The notes: generated by a model not told the origin, from the sequence alone. Positions 19,307 to 29,834 are shown, counted from the stretch's first letter. The stretch: DNA of 49,605 nucleotides from Candidatus Hydrogenedentota bacterium (GCA_046583315.1 JAYGCN010000196.1:1-49605), one strand, 5' to 3'. Translations and numbers: made by a program.

Positions 19307-21124
19307 ATGAGTGAATCCGCGACCAGATCACATTACCAACGTGCCGGGCTCGTGTTTTTCGTGCTCATGGTTTCGATCTTTTCTCAACAGTTCACCGATT
19401 TCAGCCACACCAAAGAACTTATCGCGTGTCTCGGCCTATGCGTCCTGAGCTGGATGCATCTTTACGCCCCAAACGCCACGTTTCGCGTGCCACGATTTTT
19501 CCTCGTGCTCGGAATTGGAATCTCGATTCTTGCAGCCGTTCATAGTTTGTTTCCGATCACCGACTTTCCCGATTTCATCGTTCATCGCTCAGTGAGTTAC
19601 CTGTTGGCCATCGCGTTAGCGTCCTACCTGCTGTGTGAGTCCAACGACGACAACACCGAAGACCGCGTGAAACGCCTTCTGTTCGCCTCCACCTTTGTCG
19701 TAATTATTCTGACCTTGATTCAATTTCTAAATTTGGCACCGAAACTGTTTCCCGCCTATCCCGGTTTCGAGAATAACCTGTATTCTGTCTTTGGCAATCA
19801 GAATCTGTTGGGAGGTTACCTAGCGCTGAGCATTCCCGTTCTACTCCTTTCGGCTTCCCAAGAGGAAAAGCGAGGTTGGCCGCAATTCGTTCTACTCATA
19901 GCATGCGTGGCCACCTGCTTGGCGACCGGTTCGCGATCCGCTTGGCTTGCAGCGGCGGTGGGATGCCTGATGATACTACCCAGGATTCATCCTGGACGAC
20001 GGGAAGTCATCGGGTTTTTTATCCTGATCATGACCGGGTTCGCAATGGTACTCATCACGCCCGGCCCCACAATCGAGCGAATCCTCCATACCTTCAGCCT
20101 TGAAGATGTGGGATACAACGTTCGCGTGTGGATTTGGGCAGGCAGCGTCAATCTCATATCGGATCATCCCTTCATCGGAATTGGACCCGGAGATTTTCCC
20201 TACATGAGCCCGAAAGCGCTCGCGGATGTCTTGCACGAAGCAAATGGTTTTCGTTTCCAGTCCAACACTGTACACACCTGGCTCACCCACTCAACCCCTC
20301 TCGAGCTCATCGTGGAATTCGGCGTGGGGGGGTGGGCAATCTGCGCAGGATGGATCACGATGCTCATACGCGGGCGCAAAGGCATGCTCTGGGGAGGTGC
20401 CATCGCGTTCACCGTTTACGCCGCGCTCAACAGCGTCCAAACCAGCGCGCCCCACATGCTCATCGGCCTGATGCTATTCGCGTCCTTACCTTCCACGAAA
20501 TGGATCACGAGAACGAGCGAAGAGCGGGGGGGAGGTCGCGTTGCAAAACTTGTAATCAGCACAACCGCAGGCCTGTTGATTCTCATTCACATAGGCGGAA
20601 TTCTTCTGCCCGATCACCTGCACGCCCAAGCAAGAAGCCTCTACCGTGCTGGTGATGAAAGCGACACGACAATCGCTACCTACGAACAGGCATCCGAATA
20701 CCGATATGCCTCACCACACGTTCATCTCGAACTCGGCATATCAAAGTTATTTGCGACAGGGCTAGCACCAGCCGAACAACCTACAAATCTGGAATCCGCC
20801 CACGCGCACTTGTTGCGCGCCCACGAACAGCTCGACACGGGAGAACTCCATCTCCTCTTGGGTCAATCATTCTTGCGATTGGGCGATACCACAACCGCCA
20901 TTGAGCACACGCGTCTCGGCGTGTACCGATGGCCCCAGTATCGTCTTGGATGGGAACAGCTGATTCGGCAATCATCACCGCCGGACCGCGCAGCCTCATT
21001 CGATGAAGCCAGGCAGTGGTTGAGTTCTGAGCAATTTCAACGTTTTGAAGCGAGTGCGCGGTCTCTACCGGGACTCAACGGGCAGAACACCGATAATGTC
21101 GAGTCGGACGGACTCTCCCCCTGA
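19307..21124 (+). CDS. O-antigen ligase (Wzy_C) family membrane protein with C-terminal TPR; possible protein O-oligosaccharyltransferase
   Basis: About 11-12 TM helices with SVFGNQN, TGSRSAW, R..IW.....I.DHP..GIGPG.F and H..PLELIVEFG. Confidence 0.85.
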   Translation: MSESATRSHYQRAGLVFFVLMVSIFSQQFTDFSHTKELIACLGLCVLSWMHLYAPNATFRVPRFFLVLGIGISILAAVHSLFPITDFPDFIVHRSVSYLLAIALASYLLCESNDDNTEDRVKRLLFASTFVVIILTLIQFLNLAPKLFPAYPGFENNLYSVFGNQNLLGGYLALSIPVLLLSASQEEKRGWPQFVLLIACVATCLATGSRSAWLAAAVGCLMILPRIHPGRREVIGFFILIMTGFAMVLITPGPTIERILHTFSLEDVGYNVRVWIWAGSVNLISDHPFIGIGPGDFPYMSPKALADVLHEANGFRFQSNTVHTWLTHSTPLELIVEFGVGGWAICAGWITMLIRGRKGMLWGGAIAFTVYAALNSVQTSAPHMLIGLMLFASLPSTKWITRTSEERGGGRVAKLVISTTAGLLILIHIGGILLPDHLHAQARSLYRAGDESDTTIATYEQASEYRYASPHVHLELGISKLFATGLAPAEQPTNLESAHAHLLRAHEQLDTGELHLLLGQSFLRLGDTTTAIEHTRLGVYRWPQYRLGWEQLIRQSSPPDRAASFDEARQWLSSEQFQRFEASARSLPGLNGQNTDNVESDGLSP

Positions 21125-22495
21125 ATCCAGAAGCTGCACCGACGACTCCACGCCCGGAATAATGCCGTCAATGTAGAAATATTGGTCGCTCTTGACAACT
21201 CGCTCATACAATGGCAATTCGTCCCCTTGCTTCAGAACGAATGTCATTTCTCGTTCGATCGATTGTGGGGATACGGCAAGATGCAGGCCAATCCGGGAAG
21301 CGTGCTGATCCAGCCAACTCGACCCGGTAGAAAACCATTGCAAGGCATGCGGCTCGTCGAGCGATCCTTCAAGGTGCAACGCCGATTGCTCAGAATCCTC
21401 GCGCGAAAACCCATCCAGGGCGAATATCTGCCTCAAAAAAGAAGTGTCCATAATCGATCCAACCAACGCCGCCAGCAAAACGCCCAAAAAGCACCACTGA
21501 ACGGCCCACACAGTTACCGCGACTTTTATGTTCTCTCTGTGAGCCGCAACCGTACCACCCAGCGTGACCGCAAGCACCATCGGAATCCATTCGACGAGCC
21601 CAACCCCCGGAATCCACGCGAGCGCAACGGCAAAAGTTGAGTAGGCCATGGCATGCACTACCGTTCGATCCGTTCGAATCGTAGACAAACCAGCACCGAT
21701 CTCCGCCCCCAGCAGCAATAAGGGCCACACAACAAGCAATACTCCGGATACGATGAGATAGAGATTCCGGTGCTCAACCAACATGAATTCACTAAACGAG
21801 CCCGGGGCGGCAAACCCGGTCGCCAAGCCATACTCAGTCGACTCCAACGCGCGATATATAGAGAAAGCGATGAACCCTGCGCAGATTAGAATACAGGCCC
21901 ATAACAACCACCGCCCAACTTGAAAGGGTTGCGCCTTAATTTCATCGGCCTCACCCAGAATATCGTCAAGCATATCGAGTCTACTACTGCATCCTTGACA
22001 ATTTAAGGCCTCGGGAAGATTTTTCGTACCGCACTGCAAACACACAATTCCGTCATGTGCCGGATTCGAGACGGACTTTTCCTTGTGGTTTTTCTTCATG
22101 CGACGCACTGTCTTGCGCATCGCCTTTTTTGCATAGCGATGATCCGGATCGTCTTTCGCAATATCTGACCATAGCGCCGCAGCATTGTCATCGTCTCCCG
22201 ACTGTGCATAGGCCACTGCGAGCTGCTCTTGCATCGCCAGGTCATCCGGGAATTTTTGCACGGCCTTCTCTAACGTGACGACTGCTTCATCGACACGGGA
22301 CATCCTGGTATACGTCGCAGCCAAATAGCGACGAACGTTTGGCTTTTCCTCCCAATCGTTCATCAGAATCTGTAAATTCTCAAGCGCCATGCGATAATCG
22401 CCTTCTTTGTAAAGCTTCTTGACCAGGCGCCAGCGCTGCTCATGATTGTCCGGATGGGCTTCTACATATTTTGTGAGTTCCCAGGTGTCAGCCAT
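21065..22495 (-). CDS. TPR + zinc-ribbon + multi-TM hypothetical protein
   Basis: N-terminal TPR helices, CLQC-x10-CQGC, about 6 hydrophobic segments and a soluble C-terminal domain. Confidence 0.8.
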   Translation of the reverse strand: MADTWELTKYVEAHPDNHEQRWRLVKKLYKEGDYRMALENLQILMNDWEEKPNVRRYLAATYTRMSRVDEAVVTLEKAVQKFPDDLAMQEQLAVAYAQSGDDDNAAALWSDIAKDDPDHRYAKKAMRKTVRRMKKNHKEKSVSNPAHDGIVCLQCGTKNLPEALNCQGCSSRLDMLDDILGEADEIKAQPFQVGRWLLWACILICAGFIAFSIYRALESTEYGLATGFAAPGSFSEFMLVEHRNLYLIVSGVLLVVWPLLLLGAEIGAGLSTIRTDRTVVHAMAYSTFAVALAWIPGVGLVEWIPMVLAVTLGGTVAAHRENIKVAVTVWAVQWCFLGVLLAALVGSIMDTSFLRQIFALDGFSREDSEQSALHLEGSLDEPHALQWFSTGSSWLDQHASRIGLHLAVSPQSIEREMTFVLKQGDELPLYERVVKSDQYFYIDGIIPGVESSVQLLDSGGESVRLDIIGVLPVESR

Positions 22496-22507
22496 ACTAA
22501 TCCTTTG

Positions 22508-22771
22508 CTAGTTCTTCTTCTTTTTCGATTGCTTTTTCTCTGCCTCAAGGCGTGCTTCAAAAAGCTTCTGAAGAATCGAGTTTACAGTCGCCGTAATAAT
22601 ACCGGACACGGTCATTGCGCCAAACGCCGCCACCACGAATGGAAACGGGGTTGCGCGTTGATCTTCGTTGGTGATGCTCCACATCCCATAGAGAATCGGG
22701 CCGTAGAGTACGATGAACCCGATACCGAGGAAACCCCAGCCTACCGAATCCCATTCGCGCAACGCTTTCAT
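22508..22771 (-). CDS. Small two-TM membrane protein
   Basis: Two hydrophobic helices and a Lys-rich tail. ATGA overlap with the upstream kinase. Confidence 0.75.
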   Translation of the reverse strand: MKALREWDSVGWGFLGIGFIVLYGPILYGMWSITNEDQRATPFPFVVAAFGAMTVSGIITATVNSILQKLFEARLEAEKKQSKKKKN

Positions 22772-24042
22772 GATACAGACTCCTTCTCGCCGCCATGGTG
22801 GGGCAATGTTATCGTGAATCGCGCACCGCCCTCCGCACGATTCCCGGCAACGATGGTTCCATCGTGTTCAACAATTATTTTGTGCGTAACAGCCAATCCG
22901 AGTCCCGTACCACGAGAGCCCTTGGTGGATACGAAGGGCCTGAAGATGGTGTCCTTCACTTTCGAATCAATGCCTTTTCCGTTGTCCTCAATTTCCAACA
23001 CCAGCGAACCCGCATCCAGGCTTCGCGCACGCACGATAATTCTGCCGTCCTTGAGTGCAACGGCATCTACGGCATTCAGCACAAGATTCAACAGGCATCG
23101 ATGAATTCCAATCGCGTCAAGACACGCCTTGCCCTCGCTCAATCGAAAATCGCGTTCGACCGTTATCGCTTTCTGATCAATTAACGGCATCGCGGCAGAC
23201 AGCACATCCTCAAGAAGCTCGTGCACATCACACCAGCTCCGCTCCGGTTCACGCTCTTTCGAAAAGGCCAACATATCTTCAACCACGTTCGACAACCGCC
23301 CCGTGCTGCGTTTCATGATTCCCCAGGCCACCTCAAAAGTCTCGGTATCGTCGTTTTCCATTCCCTGCTCAATCAGTTCAACACTCCCCTCGATGCCCGC
23401 CAGAATATTCTTGGTGTAGTGCGACAATCCCGCAACCGTCTGGCCAATCGCCGCCAACCGTTCAGCTTGAACGCTCTCGGTAATGAGCCGTGCCTGCGTA
23501 ATGACCGATGCCACCAGTGAAGCAAACATTTCCATGATGCGTTCATCCGCCACAGTAAAACCGTCACCGTCGAGCTTGTTCACGACTTCAAGCACACCGA
23601 CCAGACGTTCCCGATCCATCATCGGCACGGCCAACAGAGAGCGCGTCGTGAATCCGGTTGTTTCATCAACCTCCCGGTGAATCCTGGAATCTGAAGCCGC
23701 ATCCTGCACGTTGATCGTTTTACGCGTGGTGGCCGCCTCACCAGCAATGCCCTGGTCCAGCCGAAGCCGCACCTCTTTGAGTTTGGTGTAATTCTCGTCG
23801 GAATCGCCTTTGGCCACGGAGAAATAAAGTTCATCGCTGAGCTCATCATAGAGCAGCAAAGAAGAGGCCTGCGCATTGGCCACGCTGATGCTTTCCGACA
23901 AGATCAATTCAAGCACCGAACGATAATCCGTAGCGGCGACGGTTAATTTGTGAACCCGATAAAATGCGTCGATAATGCGTCGCATATCGTCGTTCGACGT
24001 CTCGTCGAGCCAAGCATCGTTATAGTCGAATACACCATCCAA
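22768..24042 (-). CDS. Cytoplasmic GAF sensor histidine kinase
   Basis: GAF (GIAG...TRSLLAVPM..VLEVVNK), H-box ERLAAIG..VAGLSH..KN, N-box NLVLNAVDA, DNGKGI and PFVSTK..GTGLGL. Confidence 0.95.
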   Translation of the reverse strand: MDGVFDYNDAWLDETSNDDMRRIIDAFYRVHKLTVAATDYRSVLELILSESISVANAQASSLLLYDELSDELYFSVAKGDSDENYTKLKEVRLRLDQGIAGEAATTRKTINVQDAASDSRIHREVDETTGFTTRSLLAVPMMDRERLVGVLEVVNKLDGDGFTVADERIMEMFASLVASVITQARLITESVQAERLAAIGQTVAGLSHYTKNILAGIEGSVELIEQGMENDDTETFEVAWGIMKRSTGRLSNVVEDMLAFSKEREPERSWCDVHELLEDVLSAAMPLIDQKAITVERDFRLSEGKACLDAIGIHRCLLNLVLNAVDAVALKDGRIIVRARSLDAGSLVLEIEDNGKGIDSKVKDTIFRPFVSTKGSRGTGLGLAVTHKIIVEHDGTIVAGNRAEGGARFTITLPHHGGEKESVS

Positions 24043-24043
24043 A

Positions 24044-24979
24044 CTACTGGCCCTCGTGCACGCCGAAATGCGCGTCGATTTTCCCTAAGGAATGATACAC
24101 AACATCTCCCACTATCTGTAAACTTTCTGCACAAACCATGTCCATCGTATCGTTCACTGTATGCCACGTGCGATCGTGCACACTCTCGTCGCCACCATAG
24201 CGGAAATCGATCAGATCGATTGCATCGATTCCCGCAGTCCGAAAGGGAAGATGATCGTCGTCAATCGATCTACCCCAAGGCAAAAATTCATCGTTGTGAC
24301 CCAACTCGCGCGCCGTTGACCAGATAAGTTTGTGCAACCACCTCGGCGCATCCGTATCCTCAAAAATGCCCAACGCGCAATCACCGATCATGTCGACATT
24401 GATCATCGCATTCACACGTTCAAGCTCGCCGGTTTCGCGCATCATCGACACCATCTCCCGACTGCCGTATATACTGTCCGTATCGGTCCATTTCTTGAAG
24501 GCCTCCTCGCCATCGAAAAAGCACAGCCAGACCGTGTGACCCTCCCGTGTCGGACCGAGCGCGCGCGCCATCTCAAGCATCCAGCCCGTCGTCGAACCAC
24601 CATCATTCGCGCCGACGAATTTTATGTTTCGAAGGTACTTGGTGTCGTAATGATTTCCAAGCACTATAATCTCGTCAGACGTCCCCTGCACGATTCCAAT
24701 GATGGATTTCATCGCTATCACGCCATAGGGTGTCAAGGCCTTGAACTCATGCTCCCGAACCTCCACCTTTGCGGCGCGCAACCCCTCCACAATCATTTCT
24801 TGCGCCTTCACGCTCCCGGCTTTTCCAGGCACACGCGGACCAAGTGCAACGACTTTCTCAACATCCGCGTAGGCCCGCTCACCGTCAAAAGGCGTTTCGC
24901 CTTTCAATTCGGCGGCACAGGATATCAGCGGCAAAATGCACAGCAAAGCCAGCTTGTTAATTCGTGGGGATGTTCTCAT
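24044..24979 (-). CDS. M28-fold lipoprotein, glutaminyl-cyclase-like
   Basis: Lipobox-like LISC, then HYDTK, GANDGGS, FFDGEE, YGSR, DMIG, DDHLPF and WHT..D. Start may be 24994. Confidence 0.85.
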   Translation of the reverse strand: MRTSPRINKLALLCILPLISCAAELKGETPFDGERAYADVEKVVALGPRVPGKAGSVKAQEMIVEGLRAAKVEVREHEFKALTPYGVIAMKSIIGIVQGTSDEIIVLGNHYDTKYLRNIKFVGANDGGSTTGWMLEMARALGPTREGHTVWLCFFDGEEAFKKWTDTDSIYGSREMVSMMRETGELERVNAMINVDMIGDCALGIFEDTDAPRWLHKLIWSTARELGHNDEFLPWGRSIDDDHLPFRTAGIDAIDLIDFRYGGDESVHDRTWHTVNDTMDMVCAESLQIVGDVVYHSLGKIDAHFGVHEGQ

Positions 24980-25089
24980 TTCGACCCTTGGCATTGAGTT
25001 CAGTCAAATCTTTCTTGAAACGCACCGCTTCATTCCCTAAGATAATGCCTTTCAGAGTACCAAAAATACAAATTGACGGTCTTACTCCT

Positions 25090-25761
25090 ATGAATTATCC
25101 CCATATCAAAGACAACGTAGAACAAATACAGCATCGTATCCACGAGGCCGCCATTCGTGTGGGACGGGATGCGGACTCCGTGCAGCTCTTGCCAGTCACG
25201 AAAACCGTTGACCTGGATGTCGTGCTCGACCTGTATGAACTCGGCTTTCGCGCGATGGGTGAGAACCGCATACACATCGCCGAAGCCAAAATCACTCAGG
25301 CACCCTCCAATATCCACTGGCACATGATAGGCTCGATTCAGCGACGCAAAGTGATGGACGTGGTTCGCCTTTTTGACCGGATCGACTCAATCGACCGGCT
25401 TGAACTGGCCCAGGAACTCGAAAAACGTTGTGCCGAGGCGGAAAAGTCAGTCGAAATGCTTCTTCAGGTCAACGTATCCGGTGAAGACGTCAAACATGGT
25501 TTTTCGCCAAAGGTTTTATCGGACACCCTGAACACGGTACAATCGTGTCCGCATTTGACCGTTGTGGGCCTGATGACAATGGCCCCGCAAGAGGCCGACG
25601 AATCCGAAATTCGTGCCGTATTCAGCGGATTGAAGCTTCTGGCCGACGATAACGGTTTGGGTGTGCTGTCCATGGGGATGACCAACGACTTCGAGATTGC
25701 CATCGAAGAAGGGGCCACCGAAATACGCATAGGCACGGCCTTATTCAAAGAACGGGAGTAA
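25090..25761 (+). CDS. yggS: PLP homeostasis protein YggS/PipY
   Basis: VTKT, GENR, WHMIGSIQ, QVN.SGE..K.G, GLMTM, LSMGMTNDF and RIGTALF. Confidence 0.96.
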   Translation: MNYPHIKDNVEQIQHRIHEAAIRVGRDADSVQLLPVTKTVDLDVVLDLYELGFRAMGENRIHIAEAKITQAPSNIHWHMIGSIQRRKVMDVVRLFDRIDSIDRLELAQELEKRCAEAEKSVEMLLQVNVSGEDVKHGFSPKVLSDTLNTVQSCPHLTVVGLMTMAPQEADESEIRAVFSGLKLLADDNGLGVLSMGMTNDFEIAIEEGATEIRIGTALFKERE

Positions 25762-25773
25762 CGCAAGAAACAC

Positions 25774-26784
25774 ATGAACGCTCAACTCAAAGAACTCGAA
25801 GAGCAAAGTCAGGCGGAGCTGGATACCCTGGACTCGCTCGATGCCCTGGAAGCCTACCGCGTAAAGTGGCTGGGCCGTAAAGGCGCGATCACGGATATCC
25901 TTCGCGCCATGAAGGATGCACCGCCCGAAGAACGCCCTGTAATCGGCCAGGGGGCCAATAGACTCAAAACACTGATATCGGATGCTGTAGACGCTAAAAA
26001 GGCCGATATGGAGGCACAGAACGCCTCTACACCACAACAGACGGTGGACTTCTCCCTACCTGGACGTCGCCCGCGGACGGGTCATCAGCATCTAATCACG
26101 CAAATCACCAATGAAATGGTCGATATATTCACCCAATTGGGCTATCAAGTGGCTGAAGGCCCCGATATTGAGACCGAATACTACAATTTTGACAGCCTGA
26201 ACACGCCCGCCGACCATCCCGCGCGCGATTCCCACGATACCTTCTACGTAGAGCCCGGGGTCGTCTTACGAACCCACACATCGCCCGTGCAGATGCACAT
26301 CATGGAGCAACATCAGCCACCGGTAGCCGTGGTCGTACCCGGTCGTGTATACCGAGTCGACTACGATGCCTCCCACAGTCCAATGTTCAACCAGCTCGAA
26401 GGATTGCTCGTGGATCAGAACGTCACCTTCGGCGATCTCAAAGGCACCATCAATCATTTCATACACACCTTCTTCGGCAAAAAGGTCAAGACTCGCTTCC
26501 GTCCGCACTTTTTCCCCTTCACCGAACCGTCCGCCGAAGTCGACGTTTCGTGCTCGGTCTGCGAAGGCTCGGGATGCCGTCTGTGCAAAAATTCCGGCTG
26601 GATCGAAATCCTCGGTTGCGGCATGGTCGACCCGGAAGTGTTCAAGTATGCCGACTACGATAGCGAAAAGTATTCCGGGTTCGCCTTTGGCATGGGCATT
26701 GATCGCATCGCACTGCTGCGACATTCCATCAACACCATCCACCATTTATACGAAAACGATCTACGATTCCTGGAGCAGTTCTAA
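25774..26784 (+). CDS. pheS: Phenylalanine--tRNA ligase alpha subunit
   Basis: NFDSLN.P.DHPAR..HDTFY, LRTHTSPVQ, FPFTEPS, WIEILGCGMV and GFAFGMG. Confidence 0.99.
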   Translation: MNAQLKELEEQSQAELDTLDSLDALEAYRVKWLGRKGAITDILRAMKDAPPEERPVIGQGANRLKTLISDAVDAKKADMEAQNASTPQQTVDFSLPGRRPRTGHQHLITQITNEMVDIFTQLGYQVAEGPDIETEYYNFDSLNTPADHPARDSHDTFYVEPGVVLRTHTSPVQMHIMEQHQPPVAVVVPGRVYRVDYDASHSPMFNQLEGLLVDQNVTFGDLKGTINHFIHTFFGKKVKTRFRPHFFPFTEPSAEVDVSCSVCEGSGCRLCKNSGWIEILGCGMVDPEVFKYADYDSEKYSGFAFGMGIDRIALLRHSINTIHHLYENDLRFLEQF

Positions 26785-26787
26785 GCC

Positions 26788-29190
26788 ATGAACATACCTA
26801 TCAGCTGGCTAAATGATTATATTGACCTCGACGGCATCAGCGTCGAGGAACTCTGCGAAACCATGACCATGCTCGGTCTGGAAATTGAATCCGTCGAAGA
26901 GACCGGCGCGGACATACAGGACGTGGTTGTTGGCAAAATCGTGTCCATCGAAAAACACCCCGATGCGGACAAGCTCGTCGTCTGCAAAACTGACGTGGGG
27001 GAGGATGAACCCACCCAGATCGTATGCGGCGCGACCAACATGAAGGTGGGGGACAAGGTGCCCACGGCCAAAGTAGGCGGCACGCTTTCCGGCGGCTTCG
27101 AAATCGGAAAACGCAAAATGCGCGGAATCGCGTCGGCCGGAATGATGTGTTCGGCCAAGGAATTAGGTCTCGGAGAGGACCACGCGGGCCTGCTTATTCT
27201 CGATGAATCCATGGAAATCGGTACGGATGTACGCGGGCCACTCGGCCTGAACGAGACCATCCTCGAAATCGAAGTGACTCCGAATCGCAATGACTGGTCG
27301 GGATTACTCGGAATCGCCCGCGAATTGTCCGCCTCTTACGGATGCCCGCTTAAAACCCCTGAAATAACGCTAAACACCTCTGCTGAAAAGGTTTCCGATA
27401 TTTCCTCAGTCACAATCGAGGCCCCGGAACTCTGCAATCGCTATATCGGCCGCGTGATGAAAGGCATCAAAATCGGACCGTCACCGGAATGGCTTCAGAA
27501 GCGGCTCATTAATGCCGGACAGCGTCCCATCAACAACGTGGTGGACGTCACCAACTACGTACTGCTCGAAACCGGGCATCCCCTGCACGCCTTTGACCTG
27601 AACAAGCTCGCCGAAAACCGAATCGTCGTGCGCCAAGCCAAGGCTGGCGAAATCATCAAGACCATCGACCAGGAAGAGCGCAAACTGGACGCGGATATGC
27701 TCGTCATCGCGGATGCGAAAGACCCCGTGGCGATTGCCGGTGTCATGGGTGGATTCGACAGCGAAGTGGGGGACGACACGGTCGACCTTTTCATCGAAAG
27801 TGCCTACTTCAATCCTTCGTCGATTCGCAAGACTTCGCGCCAGTTGAACCTTATCAGCGAGGCCTCCCAGCGATTCCAGCGCGGTGCGGATGTCGATATG
27901 GCTCCATTTGCCGCAGACCGTTGTTGCCAATTGATCCAGGAAGTGGCTGGTGGAGAAATTTCAGCTGGAACACTCGACGAATATCCAAACAAGATAGAAA
28001 TTACACCTATCGTTATCGATCACGAATCCATCAACAACAGGATTGGCATCGTCGTTTCACCTGAAACGCAGAACAACTACCTTATTTCACTCGGTTTCAC
28101 CGTGCTGGAACACAATGAAACAGCCTCCACGATAGGTGTGCCGAACCGACGCCACGATGCAACACGCCCCGCCGATCTGATTGAAGAGATCACCCGTCTA
28201 CACGGTTTCGAAAACATCCAAGCGACCCTGCCGAACATCCCCAAAGTCGATACGGTATACGCGCCGCATTACAAGACGTTGCAGACCCTTCGGGGCGATT
28301 TATGCGCGCTGGGCTTGAATGAAATCTACACCTGGGCATTCACATCGCCACAAGACCTTGAAAATGCTGGTCTCGGAGACCTTAACAAGGTCGCAATTGC
28401 GCTGGAGAATCCGCTCTCTGAAAAACAGGCGCTCATGCGCCCAACACTGATTCCATCGGTGCTCAACATCGCTTCGAGCAACATCCGCCGCAACGTGAAA
28501 GACATCGCCATCTTCGAACTCGCCCCTGTCTATAAAAAGAACGACGGGGGAGAGGGTCGCACACAATCCGACACGCTGACCATTGCGCTGAGCGGGAACA
28601 GCACGCAGGCGTATTGGACCGATGAAGCGCGCACCGCAGACATCTACGAACTCATGGGAATGGTCGAAGAAACGGCGTCACTGTTGCGCTCGGAAACACC
28701 CACCTTTCAATCCGCCGAACACCCGGCCTTCGCACCGGGGGAATGTGCTTCTATACATACCAAAGGCAACTGCATCGGACATCTCGGACGTATCAACAAG
28801 ACCGTAGCCGCAGCATACGATATTGAACCTGACATTTATCTGGCCGAATTTCAGGTCAAATCGCTTCTCAGCAAGAAGACCCGTCATACCAAATTCGCGG
28901 CGGTGCCAGAGCATCCAGCCTCATTGCGCGATCTCGCGGTCGTCGTGGATGCCGCTGTCCCAGTGGGCGATCTCAAGACTTCGGTGCTCAAAGCGGGCGG
29001 AAAACTGCTCCAAAACGTCGAACTATTTGATATCTACACCGGTGAGCCCGTGCCCGAGGGCAAGAAGAGTGTGGCCCTGAACCTTGTATTCCAGAGTTCG
29101 GAACGAACCCTGACGGATAAGGATACCGATAAGGCATGTGCTAAGATTCTGAAAACCTTAACCCACAAATATGAGGCGGAACTGAGATAA
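26788..29190 (+). CDS. pheT: Phenylalanine--tRNA ligase beta subunit
   Basis: HPDADKL, IVCGA.N, TPNR.D, RPINNVVDVTNY, IAGVMGG, DLIEE and FDX-ACB domain RDLA..FDIY.G...GKKS. Confidence 0.99.
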   Translation: MNIPISWLNDYIDLDGISVEELCETMTMLGLEIESVEETGADIQDVVVGKIVSIEKHPDADKLVVCKTDVGEDEPTQIVCGATNMKVGDKVPTAKVGGTLSGGFEIGKRKMRGIASAGMMCSAKELGLGEDHAGLLILDESMEIGTDVRGPLGLNETILEIEVTPNRNDWSGLLGIARELSASYGCPLKTPEITLNTSAEKVSDISSVTIEAPELCNRYIGRVMKGIKIGPSPEWLQKRLINAGQRPINNVVDVTNYVLLETGHPLHAFDLNKLAENRIVVRQAKAGEIIKTIDQEERKLDADMLVIADAKDPVAIAGVMGGFDSEVGDDTVDLFIESAYFNPSSIRKTSRQLNLISEASQRFQRGADVDMAPFAADRCCQLIQEVAGGEISAGTLDEYPNKIEITPIVIDHESINNRIGIVVSPETQNNYLISLGFTVLEHNETASTIGVPNRRHDATRPADLIEEITRLHGFENIQATLPNIPKVDTVYAPHYKTLQTLRGDLCALGLNEIYTWAFTSPQDLENAGLGDLNKVAIALENPLSEKQALMRPTLIPSVLNIASSNIRRNVKDIAIFELAPVYKKNDGGEGRTQSDTLTIALSGNSTQAYWTDEARTADIYELMGMVEETASLLRSETPTFQSAEHPAFAPGECASIHTKGNCIGHLGRINKTVAAAYDIEPDIYLAEFQVKSLLSKKTRHTKFAAVPEHPASLRDLAVVVDAAVPVGDLKTSVLKAGGKLLQNVELFDIYTGEPVPEGKKSVALNLVFQSSERTLTDKDTDKACAKILKTLTHKYEAELR

Positions 29191-29208
29191 CATGTTCCAA
29201 CATATACA

Positions 29209-29505
29209 ATGAACCCGATACTTCAGGCACAACTCAATACGCTCACCGACCAACTCGATACACTGCAGTCGGTTCTTGAAACAAACCGCGAAGACGTCAA
29301 TAAACAGCATGAAGAGAAAGAAGCCATGCTCAAAAAAGAGTGGGAACAACGTAAGGAAGTCACCACGCTCAATCGAATCGCGGACGATTACGATGAAGTC
29401 GACGAGACAAACAAACAATACAAACAAGAACGCGAAGAAATCCGTCAGAAACTCAATGAAATTGTGCTCCTGACCAAAGCGCTACACGGGATGCAGAAGA
29501 AATGA
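29209..29505 (+). CDS. Coiled-coil protein, ZapB-like by position
   Basis: 98-aa heptad-rich helix between pheT and zapA. ATGA overlap with zapA. Confidence 0.6.
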   Translation: MNPILQAQLNTLTDQLDTLQSVLETNREDVNKQHEEKEAMLKKEWEQRKEVTTLNRIADDYDEVDETNKQYKQEREEIRQKLNEIVLLTKALHGMQKK

Positions 29506-29816
29506 TTGAAGAGCAACGCATCAAGGTCAAAGTGGGGGGCCGCCAGTTCCTGCTCCCCGTCTACGTCGATGTCGACAACACGTACTATCTCGCCAAACAG
29601 TTGCACGAACGCATCACTCGAATCGAAGAAGCCAGCTCCCGAATCGATACCCAGTCCTTCACGATCGAAGCAGCCATGGAAGCCCTCTTCGAAATCCAAC
29701 GCTCCGCGGACGGTTCCAAAGAAGACACCACGACAATGATGGCCGACCTCAAGAAACTCTCCACACGCCTCGAAGACCTCATCCGCGAGTATCAACTGGA
29801 TAAGAAGAAGCCCTAG
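29502..29816 (+). CDS. zapA: Cell division protein ZapA
   Basis: IKVKVGGRQF...LAKQLHERI..I....IDTQ...I.AA pattern and the conserved position after pheT. Confidence 0.75.
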   Translation: MIEEQRIKVKVGGRQFLLPVYVDVDNTYYLAKQLHERITRIEEASSRIDTQSFTIEAAMEALFEIQRSADGSKEDTTTMMADLKKLSTRLEDLIREYQLDKKKP

Positions 29817-29834
29817 TAACCTTGTCAAACGGCT

